64,000 bases of DNA from Burkholderiales bacterium (GTDB lineage: Bacteria; Pseudomonadota; Gammaproteobacteria; Burkholderiales; SG8-39), in the NCBI GenBank assembly GCA_020845995.1, contig JADLES010000089.1:320-64319 (forward strand), in the 5' to 3' direction. Below are positions 50,978 to 60,337 of the stretch, piece by piece (the first letter of the stretch is position 1; every line of letters begins with the position of its first letter). Under the pieces are notes generated by a model. It did not search any database. It had not been told where the DNA came from and worked only from the letters and a program-made list of their open reading frames with translations. The position numbers and the translations under genes were made by a program.

Positions 50978-51835
50978 ATGATCACCCACGTCCCCCTGCC
51001 CGACCTCGCCGGAAAGCACGTCATCGTCACCGGCGCGAACACGGGCATCGGCAAGGTCACGGCGATCGCGCTCGCCCGCGCGGGCGCGCGCGTGTGGCTC
51101 GCCTGCCGCTCGCGCGAGCGGACCCAGGCGGTCCTCGACGAAATCGGCGCGAATGCGGAGTTCCTGCCGCTGGACCTGGCCAGCCTCGCGTCGGTCCGCG
51201 AAGCGGCGGCCGCGTTTCTCGCGCTGGACGCGCCGCTGCATCTGCTCGTCAACAACGCCGGCCTCGCCGGGCAGCGCGGCCAGACCCGCGACGGCTTCGA
51301 GCTGGCGTTCGGCGTCAACCACCTGGGTCATTTCCTCTTCACGATCCTGCTGCTGGAGCGCCTCAAGGCGTCGGCGCCGGCGCGCATCATCAACGTGGCG
51401 AGCCGCTCGCATTACCAGGCGCGCCGCGGCATCGACTGGGAGCGGCTGCGGGGCCGCACGCGCACTCTGACCGGCCTGGAAGAATACGCGGTGTCAAAGC
51501 TGGCCAACGTGCTGTTCACGCGCGAGCTGGCGCGCCGCCTGCACGGCGCCGGCGTGACCGTGTGCAGCCTGCATCCCGGGGTGATCGCCAGCGAAATCTG
51601 GCGGGGCGTGCCCTGGCCGCTGCGGCAACTCATGCTCGGCTTCATGAAAACCCCCGAAGAGGGCGCCCGCACCGGCCTGTGGTGCGCCACGGCGCCGGAG
51701 ATCGCCGAGCGGAGCGGGGGCTACTTCGACGGCTGCCGCGAGCGCCGCCCGTCGCGCTTCGCGCTGGATGTCGCGCTCGCCGGCGAGCTGTGGCGACGCA
51801 GCGAAGCCTGGGCGGGGCTCGCGCCCGCCGGTTGA
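50978..51835 (+). CDS. Short-chain dehydrogenase/reductase (retinol-dehydrogenase-like)
   Basis: Contains VTGANTGIGK, NNAG and YAVSKLAN (YxxxK). Confidence 0.9.
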   Translation: MITHVPLPDLAGKHVIVTGANTGIGKVTAIALARAGARVWLACRSRERTQAVLDEIGANAEFLPLDLASLASVREAAAAFLALDAPLHLLVNNAGLAGQRGQTRDGFELAFGVNHLGHFLFTILLLERLKASAPARIINVASRSHYQARRGIDWERLRGRTRTLTGLEEYAVSKLANVLFTRELARRLHGAGVTVCSLHPGVIASEIWRGVPWPLRQLMLGFMKTPEEGARTGLWCATAPEIAERSGGYFDGCRERRPSRFALDVALAGELWRRSEAWAGLAPAG

Positions 51836-51880
51836 TCCACATCAATTCGGCCGCGCGCGTTCCGTAAATAATTCTTCACA

Positions 51881-53299
51881 ATGAGGATCTTGCTGATCAA
51901 TCCGCCGTGCGGGCCGCGCACGATCGGGTTGAAGAATATCGCCAAGATCGAACCGCTCGGCCTGGAACTGGTCGGGGCCGGCGTCTCGGGCGTGCATGAA
52001 GTGCGGCTCGTCGACATGGAAGTCCGCCCAGAAGATCTCCAGGAGACGCTGCGCGGCTTCACGCCGGATGTCGCGGGCGTGACTTCCGAGATCGTGCACG
52101 TCGAGACCGCGCTGGCGGCGCTGCGGCAGGTGCGCCGCGCCGCGCCGGACTGCCTGACCGTGGTCGGCGGCCATCATCCGACGCTGCATCCTCAGGATTT
52201 CCACGACGACGCGGTCGATCTCATCGTCATCGGCGAAGGCATCGAGACCTTCGCGGAGATCTGCGCCGCGCGCGCCGCCGGCGAGCGCGCCTTTGCCGGC
52301 GTTCGCGGGATCGTGCGCCGCACGCAAGGGGGATTTGTCCGCAACGGCGCGCGGCCCCTGCCCGCGAACCTGGACGCGCAGCCGATGCCGGACCGCTCGC
52401 TCACCGCCCGCTACCGGGACCGCTACTACTATCTCTTCGAGGACTCGGTGGCGGCGGTGCGGACCTCCGCCGGCTGCTCCTTCCCCTGCATCTTCTGCTC
52501 GTGCCGCGTCTACTCGCAGGGCGCTTTCATCCCGCGCTCGCCGGAGCTGGTATTCGAGGAGATCGCCTCCCTCAAGGAGGAGTTCGTGATGTTCTGCGAC
52601 GATCATTCGTTTCACGACCCGGAGCGCATGCGCAGGCTCGGCCAGATGCTTCTCGACGCCGGGATCAAGAAGCGTTACTTCGCCTACGCGCGCGCGGATT
52701 CGATCGTCGCCGACCGCGAAGTGTTCAGGATCTGGGCGAAGGCCGGGCTGTTCCTGGTCATGACCGGGCTGGAATCGCTCGACCACGACACCCTGCGCAA
52801 TATCGGCAAGAAGATCGAAGACGACATCAACGAGCGCGCCATCGCGGTGCTCGCGGAGCTGGGCATCCACATGAGCGCGGGTTTCCTCGTCGAACCTGAC
52901 TTCGACGCCGAGGATTTCGCGCGCATCGACCGGTATGTGGACGCGCACCCGTCGATCCTTCTGGTGGAATTTACGCCGACCACGCCGTTTCCGGGCACGC
53001 CCCTGTATCGCAAGAAAGAGGGCGAGCTGCTCACCGCCGACCGCCAGGTCTACGATTTGCAGCATTTCCTCATGAAGACGGCCCTGCCACCGCGCGAGCT
53101 CTACCGCCTGATGATGAAGTCCTACGGCAAGGTCGTCCTGCGCGTGATCCGGCGGCTCGGCCTGTGGCGTCCGCAGGTGCTGTTCTCGCGGCGCATTCTG
53201 CGCCTGATCGCCGGGCTGGCGCGCAGCCAGCGCCAGCTCTGGCGGGCGCACAAGGACGTGCCTGCGCCGGGGCTCGCGCCGGTCGAGCGCACCGGATGA
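51881..53299 (+). CDS. B12-binding-domain radical SAM protein (class B)
   Basis: N-terminal Rossmann-like RILLINPP...EPLGLELVGA...VVGGHHPT. Cluster motif SAGCSFPCIFCS (CxxxCxxC). 472 aa, function unknown. No obvious Shine-Dalgarno and an AT-rich upstream region. Confidence 0.9.
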   Translation: MRILLINPPCGPRTIGLKNIAKIEPLGLELVGAGVSGVHEVRLVDMEVRPEDLQETLRGFTPDVAGVTSEIVHVETALAALRQVRRAAPDCLTVVGGHHPTLHPQDFHDDAVDLIVIGEGIETFAEICAARAAGERAFAGVRGIVRRTQGGFVRNGARPLPANLDAQPMPDRSLTARYRDRYYYLFEDSVAAVRTSAGCSFPCIFCSCRVYSQGAFIPRSPELVFEEIASLKEEFVMFCDDHSFHDPERMRRLGQMLLDAGIKKRYFAYARADSIVADREVFRIWAKAGLFLVMTGLESLDHDTLRNIGKKIEDDINERAIAVLAELGIHMSAGFLVEPDFDAEDFARIDRYVDAHPSILLVEFTPTTPFPGTPLYRKKEGELLTADRQVYDLQHFLMKTALPPRELYRLMMKSYGKVVLRVIRRLGLWRPQVLFSRRILRLIAGLARSQRQLWRAHKDVPAPGLAPVERTG

Positions 53300-54195
53300 A
53301 CGGCGCGCCGGCGCCGGCGCTGGAGTACCTCGGCTGGTCGGGCCTGCGCATTGCCGGGACGGGCGGCGAGCTCTGCATCGACCCGCCCGCAGGCGCCGCG
53401 CTCGCGCTCGACCGGCCGATGCACGCGCTCCTTACGCACGGCCACCCCGAGCACGTCGCGGGGACGCTCGCGCACCTGCGCAACCCGGCGCGCACCGCGC
53501 CGGTGCGCGCGGCGGCAGCGGCGCCGGTGTGCCGATACCTGCGCCGGCACGCGGTCGTCCCCGGGGACCAGATCGAGGCCTGCGCGCCGGGCCAGCGGTT
53601 CGACATGGCCGGGTTTGCCATCGACGTGTTCGAATGGCAGCACATGCCGCTGCTGCCCCCGGGGATCGGCGCGGCCCTGCAGCGGCTGATGACGATCGCG
53701 GCGCGCCCCCGTCTCGCCGCGAACATCGTGTTGTCGGGGATGCGCGGTCCCTGGCCGTTTCCGATGCTCGGCTTCCGCCTCTCGGGCGCGGAGGGGGCTC
53801 GCATCCTCGTGTACGGAGAAGGGTTGCATCGGCGAACCGACAGCGGCGAGCTGGATCGCATCCGCGAGGCGCTGCCGGCGGATCTCCTCCTCGCGGCTGT
53901 CGAACCGGAGGACGCGGAGGTGTTGCCGGACCTGTTCCGCAGGATCGGCGCCCCGGCAGTCGGACTGTACGAGGCGCATCGCCCCTGGCGGGAGGCTTTC
54001 GGCATGCCGCTCGCCGATCTCGACGCGCTGGCGGCCGCGGTCGCCGGCATCGGCCTGCGAGCGGCAGTCCTCAGGCCCGGCATGGCGGACCCGGCCACGC
54101 TCCCGCAGGCACTCAGCGTCGAATCCGGCGCAAAGGCGGCGCTCGAGCGCAAGCCTCCGTTCAGCTCAGCGGGTTCTCCCAGCGCAGGCCCTTGA
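53296..54195 (+). CDS. MBL-fold-like protein with HGHPEH motif (hypothetical)
   Basis: The ATG overlaps the radical SAM stop (ATGA). LLTHGHPEH resembles HxHxDH with Glu in place of Asp. The rest is poorly conserved to my eye. The last 35 nt overlap convergent vapC. Confidence 0.65.
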   Translation: MNGAPAPALEYLGWSGLRIAGTGGELCIDPPAGAALALDRPMHALLTHGHPEHVAGTLAHLRNPARTAPVRAAAAAPVCRYLRRHAVVPGDQIEACAPGQRFDMAGFAIDVFEWQHMPLLPPGIGAALQRLMTIAARPRLAANIVLSGMRGPWPFPMLGFRLSGAEGARILVYGEGLHRRTDSGELDRIREALPADLLLAAVEPEDAEVLPDLFRRIGAPAVGLYEAHRPWREAFGMPLADLDALAAAVAGIGLRAAVLRPGMADPATLPQALSVESGAKAALERKPPFSSAGSPSAGP

Positions 54196-54589
54196 ACCGG
54201 CCGAAGTCCAGGTCGGTGGAGCACAGCACTGCGTCGTGGGTGATGGCGAGCGCGGCGAGATGCGCATCCGTGGTCAGGTTGCCGGCGGTGCCGGCGGACG
54301 CAATCAGGTCTCGCAGCGTGTCCCAGTGATCTTCCTTTTCCCGCACGATGCGAACGCTGTCCAGGGCCAGCCAACGGTCGATTCGTACAAGGGCGGAGCG
54401 AACGTCGTGGGGCGCCGCGAATATCCTGGGGTTGGTGACGATGCGCAAGAAGCCGGCGAGTACGATCCACGGCAGGCCGATTGCCTCCTCACCATTGACC
54501 AGCTCCTCCCACCACGCGCGCACGGATCGATGCTGGGCGGCGTTCGAATCCACGGCGTACAGCAGGATGTTGACGTCGACGATCTTCAC
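54161..54589 (-). CDS. vapC: Type II toxin, PIN-domain ribonuclease VapC
   Basis: 142 aa with MKIVDVNILLYA (first acidic residue), TDAHLAALA and STDLDF. Confidence 0.9.
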   Translation of the reverse strand: MKIVDVNILLYAVDSNAAQHRSVRAWWEELVNGEEAIGLPWIVLAGFLRIVTNPRIFAAPHDVRSALVRIDRWLALDSVRIVREKEDHWDTLRDLIASAGTAGNLTTDAHLAALAITHDAVLCSTDLDFGRFKGLRWENPLS

Positions 54590-54852
54590 TTGCCGAGCGC
54601 GAGCTTGCGTACGATCTCTTCGTCTTCGAGCGCGGCCGCCAGCGCCAGTGCCTTGGTCAGATCTACTTTGGCGGGCCCCATCGGCAGCGGGTGTTCCCGG
54701 TAGCGTTTTCGCCTCGACTTAGGTTGACGAGAAGCGCGCAACCCCTCGCGGAGCGCCCGGTTAAGCGCGCGCGTCATGCTGACCTTGTCCTTGCGGGCGC
54801 GCGCCTGCAACTGCTCGGCTAACTCATTATCCAGACGGACTGTCGTGCGCAT
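54586..54852 (-). CDS. vapB: Type II antitoxin VapB (ribbon-helix-helix-like)
   Basis: 88 aa. MRTTVRLDNELAEQLQARA is a typical RHH N-terminus. Its stop overlaps the vapC start by 4 nt. Confidence 0.75.
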   Translation of the reverse strand: MRTTVRLDNELAEQLQARARKDKVSMTRALNRALREGLRASRQPKSRRKRYREHPLPMGPAKVDLTKALALAAALEDEEIVRKLALGK

Positions 54853-54859
54853 ATTGGCA

Positions 54860-54893
54860 TCATAGCACCAAGTAACTTGATGTCATAGCATCA
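54860..54893 (-). promoter_or_regulatory. Candidate vapBC promoter/operator
   Basis: AT-rich 40 nt upstream of vapB. Direct repeat TCATAGCA at 54860-54867 and 54883-54890. Inverted repeat TGATG-N6-CATCA at 54878-54893. Confidence 0.3.
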
Positions 54894-55253
54894 TTTCTTA
54901 TGGACCGGAATCAACCACAGCGTTACCAGCGCCGCGGTGGCCCAGCTCGCGTAAAGCAGGGTAAACACCCATTCCGGAGCGTCGTAGTAAAGCAGGCGCG
55001 CCACCCAGCGGCCGACGAAGCTCTCGGGCCGCGCGCCGCCGCGCAGCGCGTCCTCCCAGACGGTGAGCGGGCACATCAAGCCGGCGAGCGCCTCGAGCGC
55101 GACGCAGGCGATGGCGGCCAGGTGCAGGTAGCGGAACCAGGGATTGCGCACCCAGACCCAGCCGGCGAGCGCGCCGATCCAGACCAGGATCAGGCCGAGG
55201 ACGAGGAAGCCGGCGACGCAGAAATGTAGAACGAGGACGAGATCGGCGAGCAA
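54891..55253 (-). CDS. DUF2784 family membrane protein
   Basis: Proposed TTG start at 55253, giving (M)LADLVLVLHFCVAGFLVLG. Contains CPLTVWE. The upstream 170 codons of tracked ORF 54891..55763 lie in an alternate frame across the rhodanese gene and are rejected. Confidence 0.65.
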   Translation of the reverse strand: MLADLVLVLHFCVAGFLVLGLILVWIGALAGWVWVRNPWFRYLHLAAIACVALEALAGLMCPLTVWEDALRGGARPESFVGRWVARLLYYDAPEWVFTLLYASWATAALVTLWLIPVHKK

Positions 55254-55260
55254 TTCCCGC

Positions 55261-56088
55261 CTACGCGCTCCGCGAGATCGGCCGCGCCGGGTCCGTCGAC
55301 CACTCGCTCCAGGAGCCGACGTACACGCGCGAGCCCGGCATGCCCGCGAGCTCCATCGCCAGCGCGTTGTGGCAGGCGGCGACCCCCGAGCCGCAGTAGT
55401 GGATGACTTCGCCGGGGTTTCTTCCGGAAAGAATTTTCTCGAACTCCGCGCGCAGGAGTTCCGCGCTCTTGAAGGTTCCTTCGGCCGAGAGGTTGTCGCT
55501 ATTGAAGCGGTTCTTCGCGCCGGGGATACGCCCGGCGACCGGATCGATCGGTTCCTGCTCGCCGCGGTAGCGTTCCGGCGCGCGCGCATCGAGCAAGGCC
55601 GCGCGCTTGAGCTTCTTTTCGACGAGCGTGAGGCTGGCGTGCATCGAGGCCCTCGCCTTGCCCGGGTAGGGCGCGGCCGCGAAGGCCGGCACCTCGGCCG
55701 TGATCGGCCGGCCCTCGCGCCGCCACTTGGCGAGGCCGCCATCGAGCACCGCGACCTGCTCATGTCCCGCCCAGCGCAGCATCCACCACAGGCGCGAGGC
55801 CATGGCGCCGGGGCCGCCGTCGTAGCACACCACCGTGTCGGCGGGCTTGAGGCCCTGGCGGCCCAGCCAGGCGATGAAGGTCTTCGCCTCCGGCAGCGGA
55901 TGCCGGCCGTTCTTTCCGGTCAGCGCGCCCGACAGGTCGCGGTTCAGGTGCGCGAACGAAGCGCCCGGGATGTGCGCCTCCTGGTATTGCCGTTCGCCGA
56001 GCGCGGGATCGGCGAGCTCATGGCGGCAGTCGAATACCCGCCACTCGGGATGCGTGGCCAGCTCATCGGTCGAGACGAGCTGCTTCAT
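55261..56088 (-). CDS. sseA: Two-domain rhodanese sulfurtransferase (thiosulfate/3-mercaptopyruvate type)
   Basis: The ATG at 56088 overlaps the upstream stop (ATGA). Contains HIPGA, the active-site loop YCGSGVAAC, and C-terminal GSWSEW. Confidence 0.9.
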   Translation of the reverse strand: MKQLVSTDELATHPEWRVFDCRHELADPALGERQYQEAHIPGASFAHLNRDLSGALTGKNGRHPLPEAKTFIAWLGRQGLKPADTVVCYDGGPGAMASRLWWMLRWAGHEQVAVLDGGLAKWRREGRPITAEVPAFAAAPYPGKARASMHASLTLVEKKLKRAALLDARAPERYRGEQEPIDPVAGRIPGAKNRFNSDNLSAEGTFKSAELLRAEFEKILSGRNPGEVIHYCGSGVAACHNALAMELAGMPGSRVYVGSWSEWSTDPARPISRSA

Positions 56089-57185
56089 GCCGGCTTCTCC
56101 AGCTCGCGGCGCAGCCATTCGTGAAAGTGCACCATCGCGTCCTCCATCGGGGATTGATAGGGCCCGGCGTCGTCGTGGCCGGCCTGCCACAGCGCGCGGC
56201 GGCCGCGGTCCATGCGCTGCTGGATTTCGTCATCCTCCAGCGCGGTTTCCATGTAGGCGGCCTGCTGGGCCTCGACGAACTCGCGCTCGAAGTGGGCGAT
56301 CTCCTCGGGGTAGTAGAACTCGACCACGTTGGTGGTCAGCTCCGGCGTGCGCGGGATCAGGTTCGAGACGACCAGCACGTTCGGATACCACTCGAGGGTC
56401 AGTCCCGGAAAATAACTTGCCCAGAGCGCGCCGTACTTCGGCGTGGCGCCGCCGAGATGCGCAAGGCATGCCTCGTGCCACTTGCGATAGACGGGTGTGC
56501 CCGGCGCCGCCAGGGCGTTCTTCGCCGGGACCACCTGCACCGAATAGTGCTCGCCGGCCTCGACATGAAAGCGGTCGCAATCGGCGAAGTTTCCCAGGCC
56601 GGCGTGGAACGGATTGACGTGGTAGACCTCGAGGTACACCTCGACAAAGGTCTTCCAGTTGCAGCGGTAGTCGGTGGTTTCGACACGGTCCAGCACGTAG
56701 CCGGAGAAGTCGAAATCCGCGGCGGTGCGCATGCCCGCGAGGTCCCTGCGCGGGTCGCGCGGCCCTGCGAACAGCAATCCGTTCCAGCGGCTGAGCGGCC
56801 GCGAGTCGAGCTTCGCGCAGGGCGTCTCGTCGAAACGTGGGGCGCCGAGCAGTTCGCCCTTCAGGTCGTAGGTCCAGCGGTGCAGCGGGCAGACGATGTT
56901 CCGCAGCTTGCCGCGGCCCTCCAGCATGATCGCCTGGCGGTGGCGGCAGACATTCGACAGCAACTCTACGCCGCCGTCGTTGCGAACCAGCACCTTGGCG
57001 TGATCCATCCACCCGAGCGTCTGGTAGTCGCCCGGCTCCGGCACCATCAGCTCGTGGCCGACGTAGTTGGCGCCTGCGGAGAACAGCTTCTGCTCGCGCG
57101 CGAAGACCTCGGGATCGAAATACCAGGAAACCGGGAGCTGGCAGCGCGCGGGGCGGAGTCGCGCGGGAATGGCAAGGGAGGACAT
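56085..57185 (-). CDS. Rieske [2Fe-2S] non-heme-iron oxygenase, alpha-subunit-like
   Basis: Rieske motif CRHRQ...CPLHRW. The catalytic-domain region EVYLEVYHVNPFH carries His ligands. ATG at 57185 is preferred over the tracked GTG at 57206. Confidence 0.85.
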   Translation of the reverse strand: MSSLAIPARLRPARCQLPVSWYFDPEVFAREQKLFSAGANYVGHELMVPEPGDYQTLGWMDHAKVLVRNDGGVELLSNVCRHRQAIMLEGRGKLRNIVCPLHRWTYDLKGELLGAPRFDETPCAKLDSRPLSRWNGLLFAGPRDPRRDLAGMRTAADFDFSGYVLDRVETTDYRCNWKTFVEVYLEVYHVNPFHAGLGNFADCDRFHVEAGEHYSVQVVPAKNALAAPGTPVYRKWHEACLAHLGGATPKYGALWASYFPGLTLEWYPNVLVVSNLIPRTPELTTNVVEFYYPEEIAHFEREFVEAQQAAYMETALEDDEIQQRMDRGRRALWQAGHDDAGPYQSPMEDAMVHFHEWLRRELEKPA

Positions 57186-57228
57186 GCCGTAAGTGCTTAA
57201 AGGCACGGGATTTTACATGAATCCTGGT

Positions 57229-57257
57229 TTGACCCGCCAACGCCCCTCGGTTATGGT
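57229..57257 (+). promoter_or_regulatory. Sigma-70-like promoter for xseB-ispA-dxs
   Basis: TTGACC (57229-57234), a 17-nt spacer, then TATGGT (57252-57257). The -10 ends 11 nt before the xseB ATG. Confidence 0.4.
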
Positions 57258-57268
57258 GGCAACCCCCT

Positions 57269-57544
57269 ATGCGCAAGAAAGAATCGGGCGCCGCGGAGCC
57301 GAGCTTCGAGAAGGCGCTGGCAGAGCTCGAGACGCTGGTCGCGAGAATGGAAGAGGGCGGCCTCACCCTGGAGCAGTCGCTGGCGGCGCACAAGCGCGGC
57401 CTGGAACTCGCCCGCCAATGCCGCGAGCGCCTGACGGCCGCGCAGCAGCAGGTGCGGGTGCTGGAGGGCGAGGTCCTCAAGCCTTTCGCAAACGACGCGC
57501 TTCGGCCCGCGGGCGGCGCCGCCGATGACGGCGATCGCGGCTGA
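57269..57544 (+). CDS. xseB: Exodeoxyribonuclease VII small subunit
   Basis: 91 aa with SFEKALAELETLVARMEEGGLTLEQSL. Confidence 0.9.
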   Translation: MRKKESGAAEPSFEKALAELETLVARMEEGGLTLEQSLAAHKRGLELARQCRERLTAAQQQVRVLEGEVLKPFANDALRPAGGAADDGDRG

Positions 57545-58421
57545 CGCCGATTTCGCCGCCTGGATGAGCTCGGTCCAGGCGCGCGTCGAGGCGACGCTCG
57601 AGCGCAGCCTGCCGGGCGCGCGGCAGGCGCCGGCGCGCCTGCATGCCGCGATGCGCTATGCCACGCTCGGCGGCGGCAAGCGGGTGCGCCCGCTGCTCGC
57701 GTTCGCCGCGGGTGAACTCGCCGGCGCCGATTCCTCCCGGGTCGAGGTCGTGGCCTGCGCCGTGGAGATGATTCACGCCTATTCGCTCGTTCATGACGAC
57801 ATGCCCTGCATGGACAACGACGTCCTGCGCCGCGGCAAGCCCACGTTGCACGTCGAATACGACGAGGCGACCGCGCTGCTGGTGGGCGACGCGCTGCAGA
57901 CGCTCGCCTTCCAGCTGATCGCCGAGCGCCGGCTCAGCGACGACCCGGCCGCGCACATGGAGATGGTGCGCCTGCTGGCGGTCGCCTGCGGCTCGCGCGG
58001 CATGGCCGGGGGGCAGGCGATCGACCTGGAGGCGACCGGCAAGGCGCTGTCGCAGGCGGAGCTCGAGCACATGCATGTGCGAAAGACCGGGGCGCTGATC
58101 AGCGCCGCGGTGAAGCTGGGCGCGATGTGCGGCGGCCCCTGTCCGCCGGCGCTCGAGCAGTACGCGCACCGGATCGGGCTCGCCTTCCAGGTGGTCGACG
58201 ACGTGCTCGATGCCGAGGCGAGCACCGCGACGCTCGGCAAGACCGCGGGGAAGGATTCCAGGCAGGGCAAACCGACCTACGTGTCGGCGCTGGGCGGCGC
58301 GCGCGCCAGGGCGTACGCCGAGGAGCTGCGGCGCGACGCGCACCAGGCGCTCGCGCAATTCGGCGCGGATGCGCTGCGGCTGCGCCAGCTCGCCGACTTC
58401 ATCGTGTTGAGGAAATTCTAG
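57525..58421 (+). CDS. ispA: Farnesyl diphosphate synthase
   Basis: FARM motif [12 protein letters not shown] and SARM motif FQVVDDVLD. Overlaps xseB by 20 nt. Confidence 0.95.
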   Translation: MTAIAADADFAAWMSSVQARVEATLERSLPGARQAPARLHAAMRYATLGGGKRVRPLLAFAAGELAGADSSRVEVVACAVEMIHAYSLVHDDMPCMDNDVLRRGKPTLHVEYDEATALLVGDALQTLAFQLIAERRLSDDPAAHMEMVRLLAVACGSRGMAGGQAIDLEATGKALSQAELEHMHVRKTGALISAAVKLGAMCGGPCPPALEQYAHRIGLAFQVVDDVLDAEASTATLGKTAGKDSRQGKPTYVSALGGARARAYAEELRRDAHQALAQFGADALRLRQLADFIVLRKF

Positions 58422-58423
58422 GC

Positions 58424-60313
58424 ATGACGACGATCGCCGGGGAGCTGCCCGCCGGCGGCTACAATCCGTCCATGTACGAGCTGCTGAAGACGGTCAACGA
58501 TCCGGCCGATCTGCGGCAGCTGGAGCGCAAGCAGTTGCCGCGGCTCGCCGACGAGCTGCGCGCCTACGTGCTCGATTCGGTGTCGAAGACGGGCGGCCAC
58601 CTGTCGTCGAATCTCGGCACGGTCGAGCTGACCATCGCGCTGCACTACGTCTTCAACACGCCCGAGGACCGCATCGTCTGGGACGTCGGCCACCAGACCT
58701 ACGCGCACAAGATCCTCACCGGGCGGCGCGAGCAGATGGGGCGGCTGCGCATGATCGACGGCATCTCGGGCTTTCCGCGCCGGAGCGAATCGAGGTACGA
58801 CGCCTTCGGCACGGCGCATTCGAGCACATCGATCTCCGCCGCATTGGGGATGGCTGTTTCATCAAGATTGAAGAACGAAAAAAGAAAGGCCGTGGCGGTG
58901 ATCGGCGACGGCGCCATGTCGGCCGGGATGGCCTTCGAGGCGCTCAACAGCGCCGGCGCCATGGACGTCGACCTGCTGGTGGTCCTGAACGACAACGAGA
59001 TGTCGATCTCGCCGCCGGTGGGCGCGCTGACCAACTACCTCGCGCGCCTGCTCTCCGGGCGCATGTACGACACCGCCAAGCGCGCGAGCGAGCACGTGCT
59101 CAAGCGTCTGCCGATCGCCTGGGAGCTGGCGCGCCGGGCCGAGGAGCACGTCAAGGGCATGGTGACGCCGAGCACGCTGTTCGAGGAGTTCGGCTTCAAC
59201 TACATCGGCCCCATCGACGGCCACGACCTGGATGCGCTGATCCCGACGCTCACCAACATCGCCAAGCTGCGCGGGCCCCAGTTCCTGCACGTGATCACGA
59301 GAAAGGGCCAGGGCTACAAGCTCGCCGAGGAGGACCCGATCGCCTACCACGGCCCGGGCCGCTTCGATCCCGCCGAGGGGATCAAGCTGGCAAGCGGCGC
59401 CGGCAAACCGAGCTACAGCCAGGTCTTCGGCGACTGGCTGTGCGACATGGCGAAAGCCGACGAAAGGCTGGTCGCGATCACGCCGGCGATGCGCGAAGGC
59501 TCGGGCATGGTGCGCTTCTCGGAGGAGTACCCGGCGCGGTACTTCGACGCCGCCATCGCCGAGCAGCACGCGGTCACCTTCGCGGCCGGCATCGCCTGCG
59601 AGGGGCTCAAGCCGGTGGTCGCGATCTACTCCACGTTCCTGCAGCGGGGCTACGACCAGCTGATCCACGACGTGGCGATCCAGAACCTGCCGGTGCTCTT
59701 CGCCCTGGATCGCGCCGGCATCGTCGGCGGCGACGGGCAGACGCACAACGGCGCTTTCGACCTCGCCTACCTGCGCACCGTGCCGAACCTGGTGGTGATG
59801 GCGCCGGCCGACGAGAACGAGTGTCGGCAGATGCTGACTACCGGGTTTCGGCTGAACGGCCCCTCGGCGGTACGCTATCCGCGCGGCGCCGGAGTCGGCG
59901 CGCCGATCGAGAAGGAGCTGCGCGCGTTGCCCATCGGCAAGGGCGAAATCCGCCGGCGCGGCCGGAAGGTCGCGATCCTCGCCTTCGGCTCGATGCTCAA
60001 GCCGGCGCTGGAGGCGGGGGAAACCCTGGGCGCCACGGTCGCCAACATGCGCTTTGTCAAGCCAATCGATGCCGGCCTCGTGGCCGAACTCGCGGCAACG
60101 CACGAGCTGATCGTCACTGTCGAAGAGCACCAGATCATGGGAGGGGCGGGCAGCGCGGTGCTGGAGGCGCTCGCGCATTCGGGCTGCCGTGCGCTGCAGC
60201 TCGGGCTGCCCGATCGCTTCGTCGACCATGGCGATTCGGCGAAGCTGCTCGCCTCGGTGGGGCTGGATGCCGCGGGGATCGTGAAATCGATCCGGGCGGC
60301 AATACCCGAGTAA
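58424..60313 (+). CDS. dxs: 1-deoxy-D-xylulose-5-phosphate synthase
   Basis: Contains [29 protein letters not shown], and the [18 protein letters not shown] motif. An alternative start at 58472 (MYELL) is possible. Confidence 0.97.
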   Translation: MTTIAGELPAGGYNPSMYELLKTVNDPADLRQLERKQLPRLADELRAYVLDSVSKTGGHLSSNLGTVELTIALHYVFNTPEDRIVWDVGHQTYAHKILTGRREQMGRLRMIDGISGFPRRSESRYDAFGTAHSSTSISAALGMAVSSRLKNEKRKAVAVIGDGAMSAGMAFEALNSAGAMDVDLLVVLNDNEMSISPPVGALTNYLARLLSGRMYDTAKRASEHVLKRLPIAWELARRAEEHVKGMVTPSTLFEEFGFNYIGPIDGHDLDALIPTLTNIAKLRGPQFLHVITRKGQGYKLAEEDPIAYHGPGRFDPAEGIKLASGAGKPSYSQVFGDWLCDMAKADERLVAITPAMREGSGMVRFSEEYPARYFDAAIAEQHAVTFAAGIACEGLKPVVAIYSTFLQRGYDQLIHDVAIQNLPVLFALDRAGIVGGDGQTHNGAFDLAYLRTVPNLVVMAPADENECRQMLTTGFRLNGPSAVRYPRGAGVGAPIEKELRALPIGKGEIRRRGRKVAILAFGSMLKPALEAGETLGATVANMRFVKPIDAGLVAELAATHELIVTVEEHQIMGGAGSAVLEALAHSGCRALQLGLPDRFVDHGDSAKLLASVGLDAAGIVKSIRAAIPE

Positions 60314-60337
60314 AGCACTAGGGGATATAATCGTTCC

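Noticed and set aside
51833-51841. Single TGATCCACA (8/9 DnaA-box match) at the SDR/radical SAM junction
   Set aside because: It is an isolated 9-mer overlapping a stop codon, and such a match is expected by chance.
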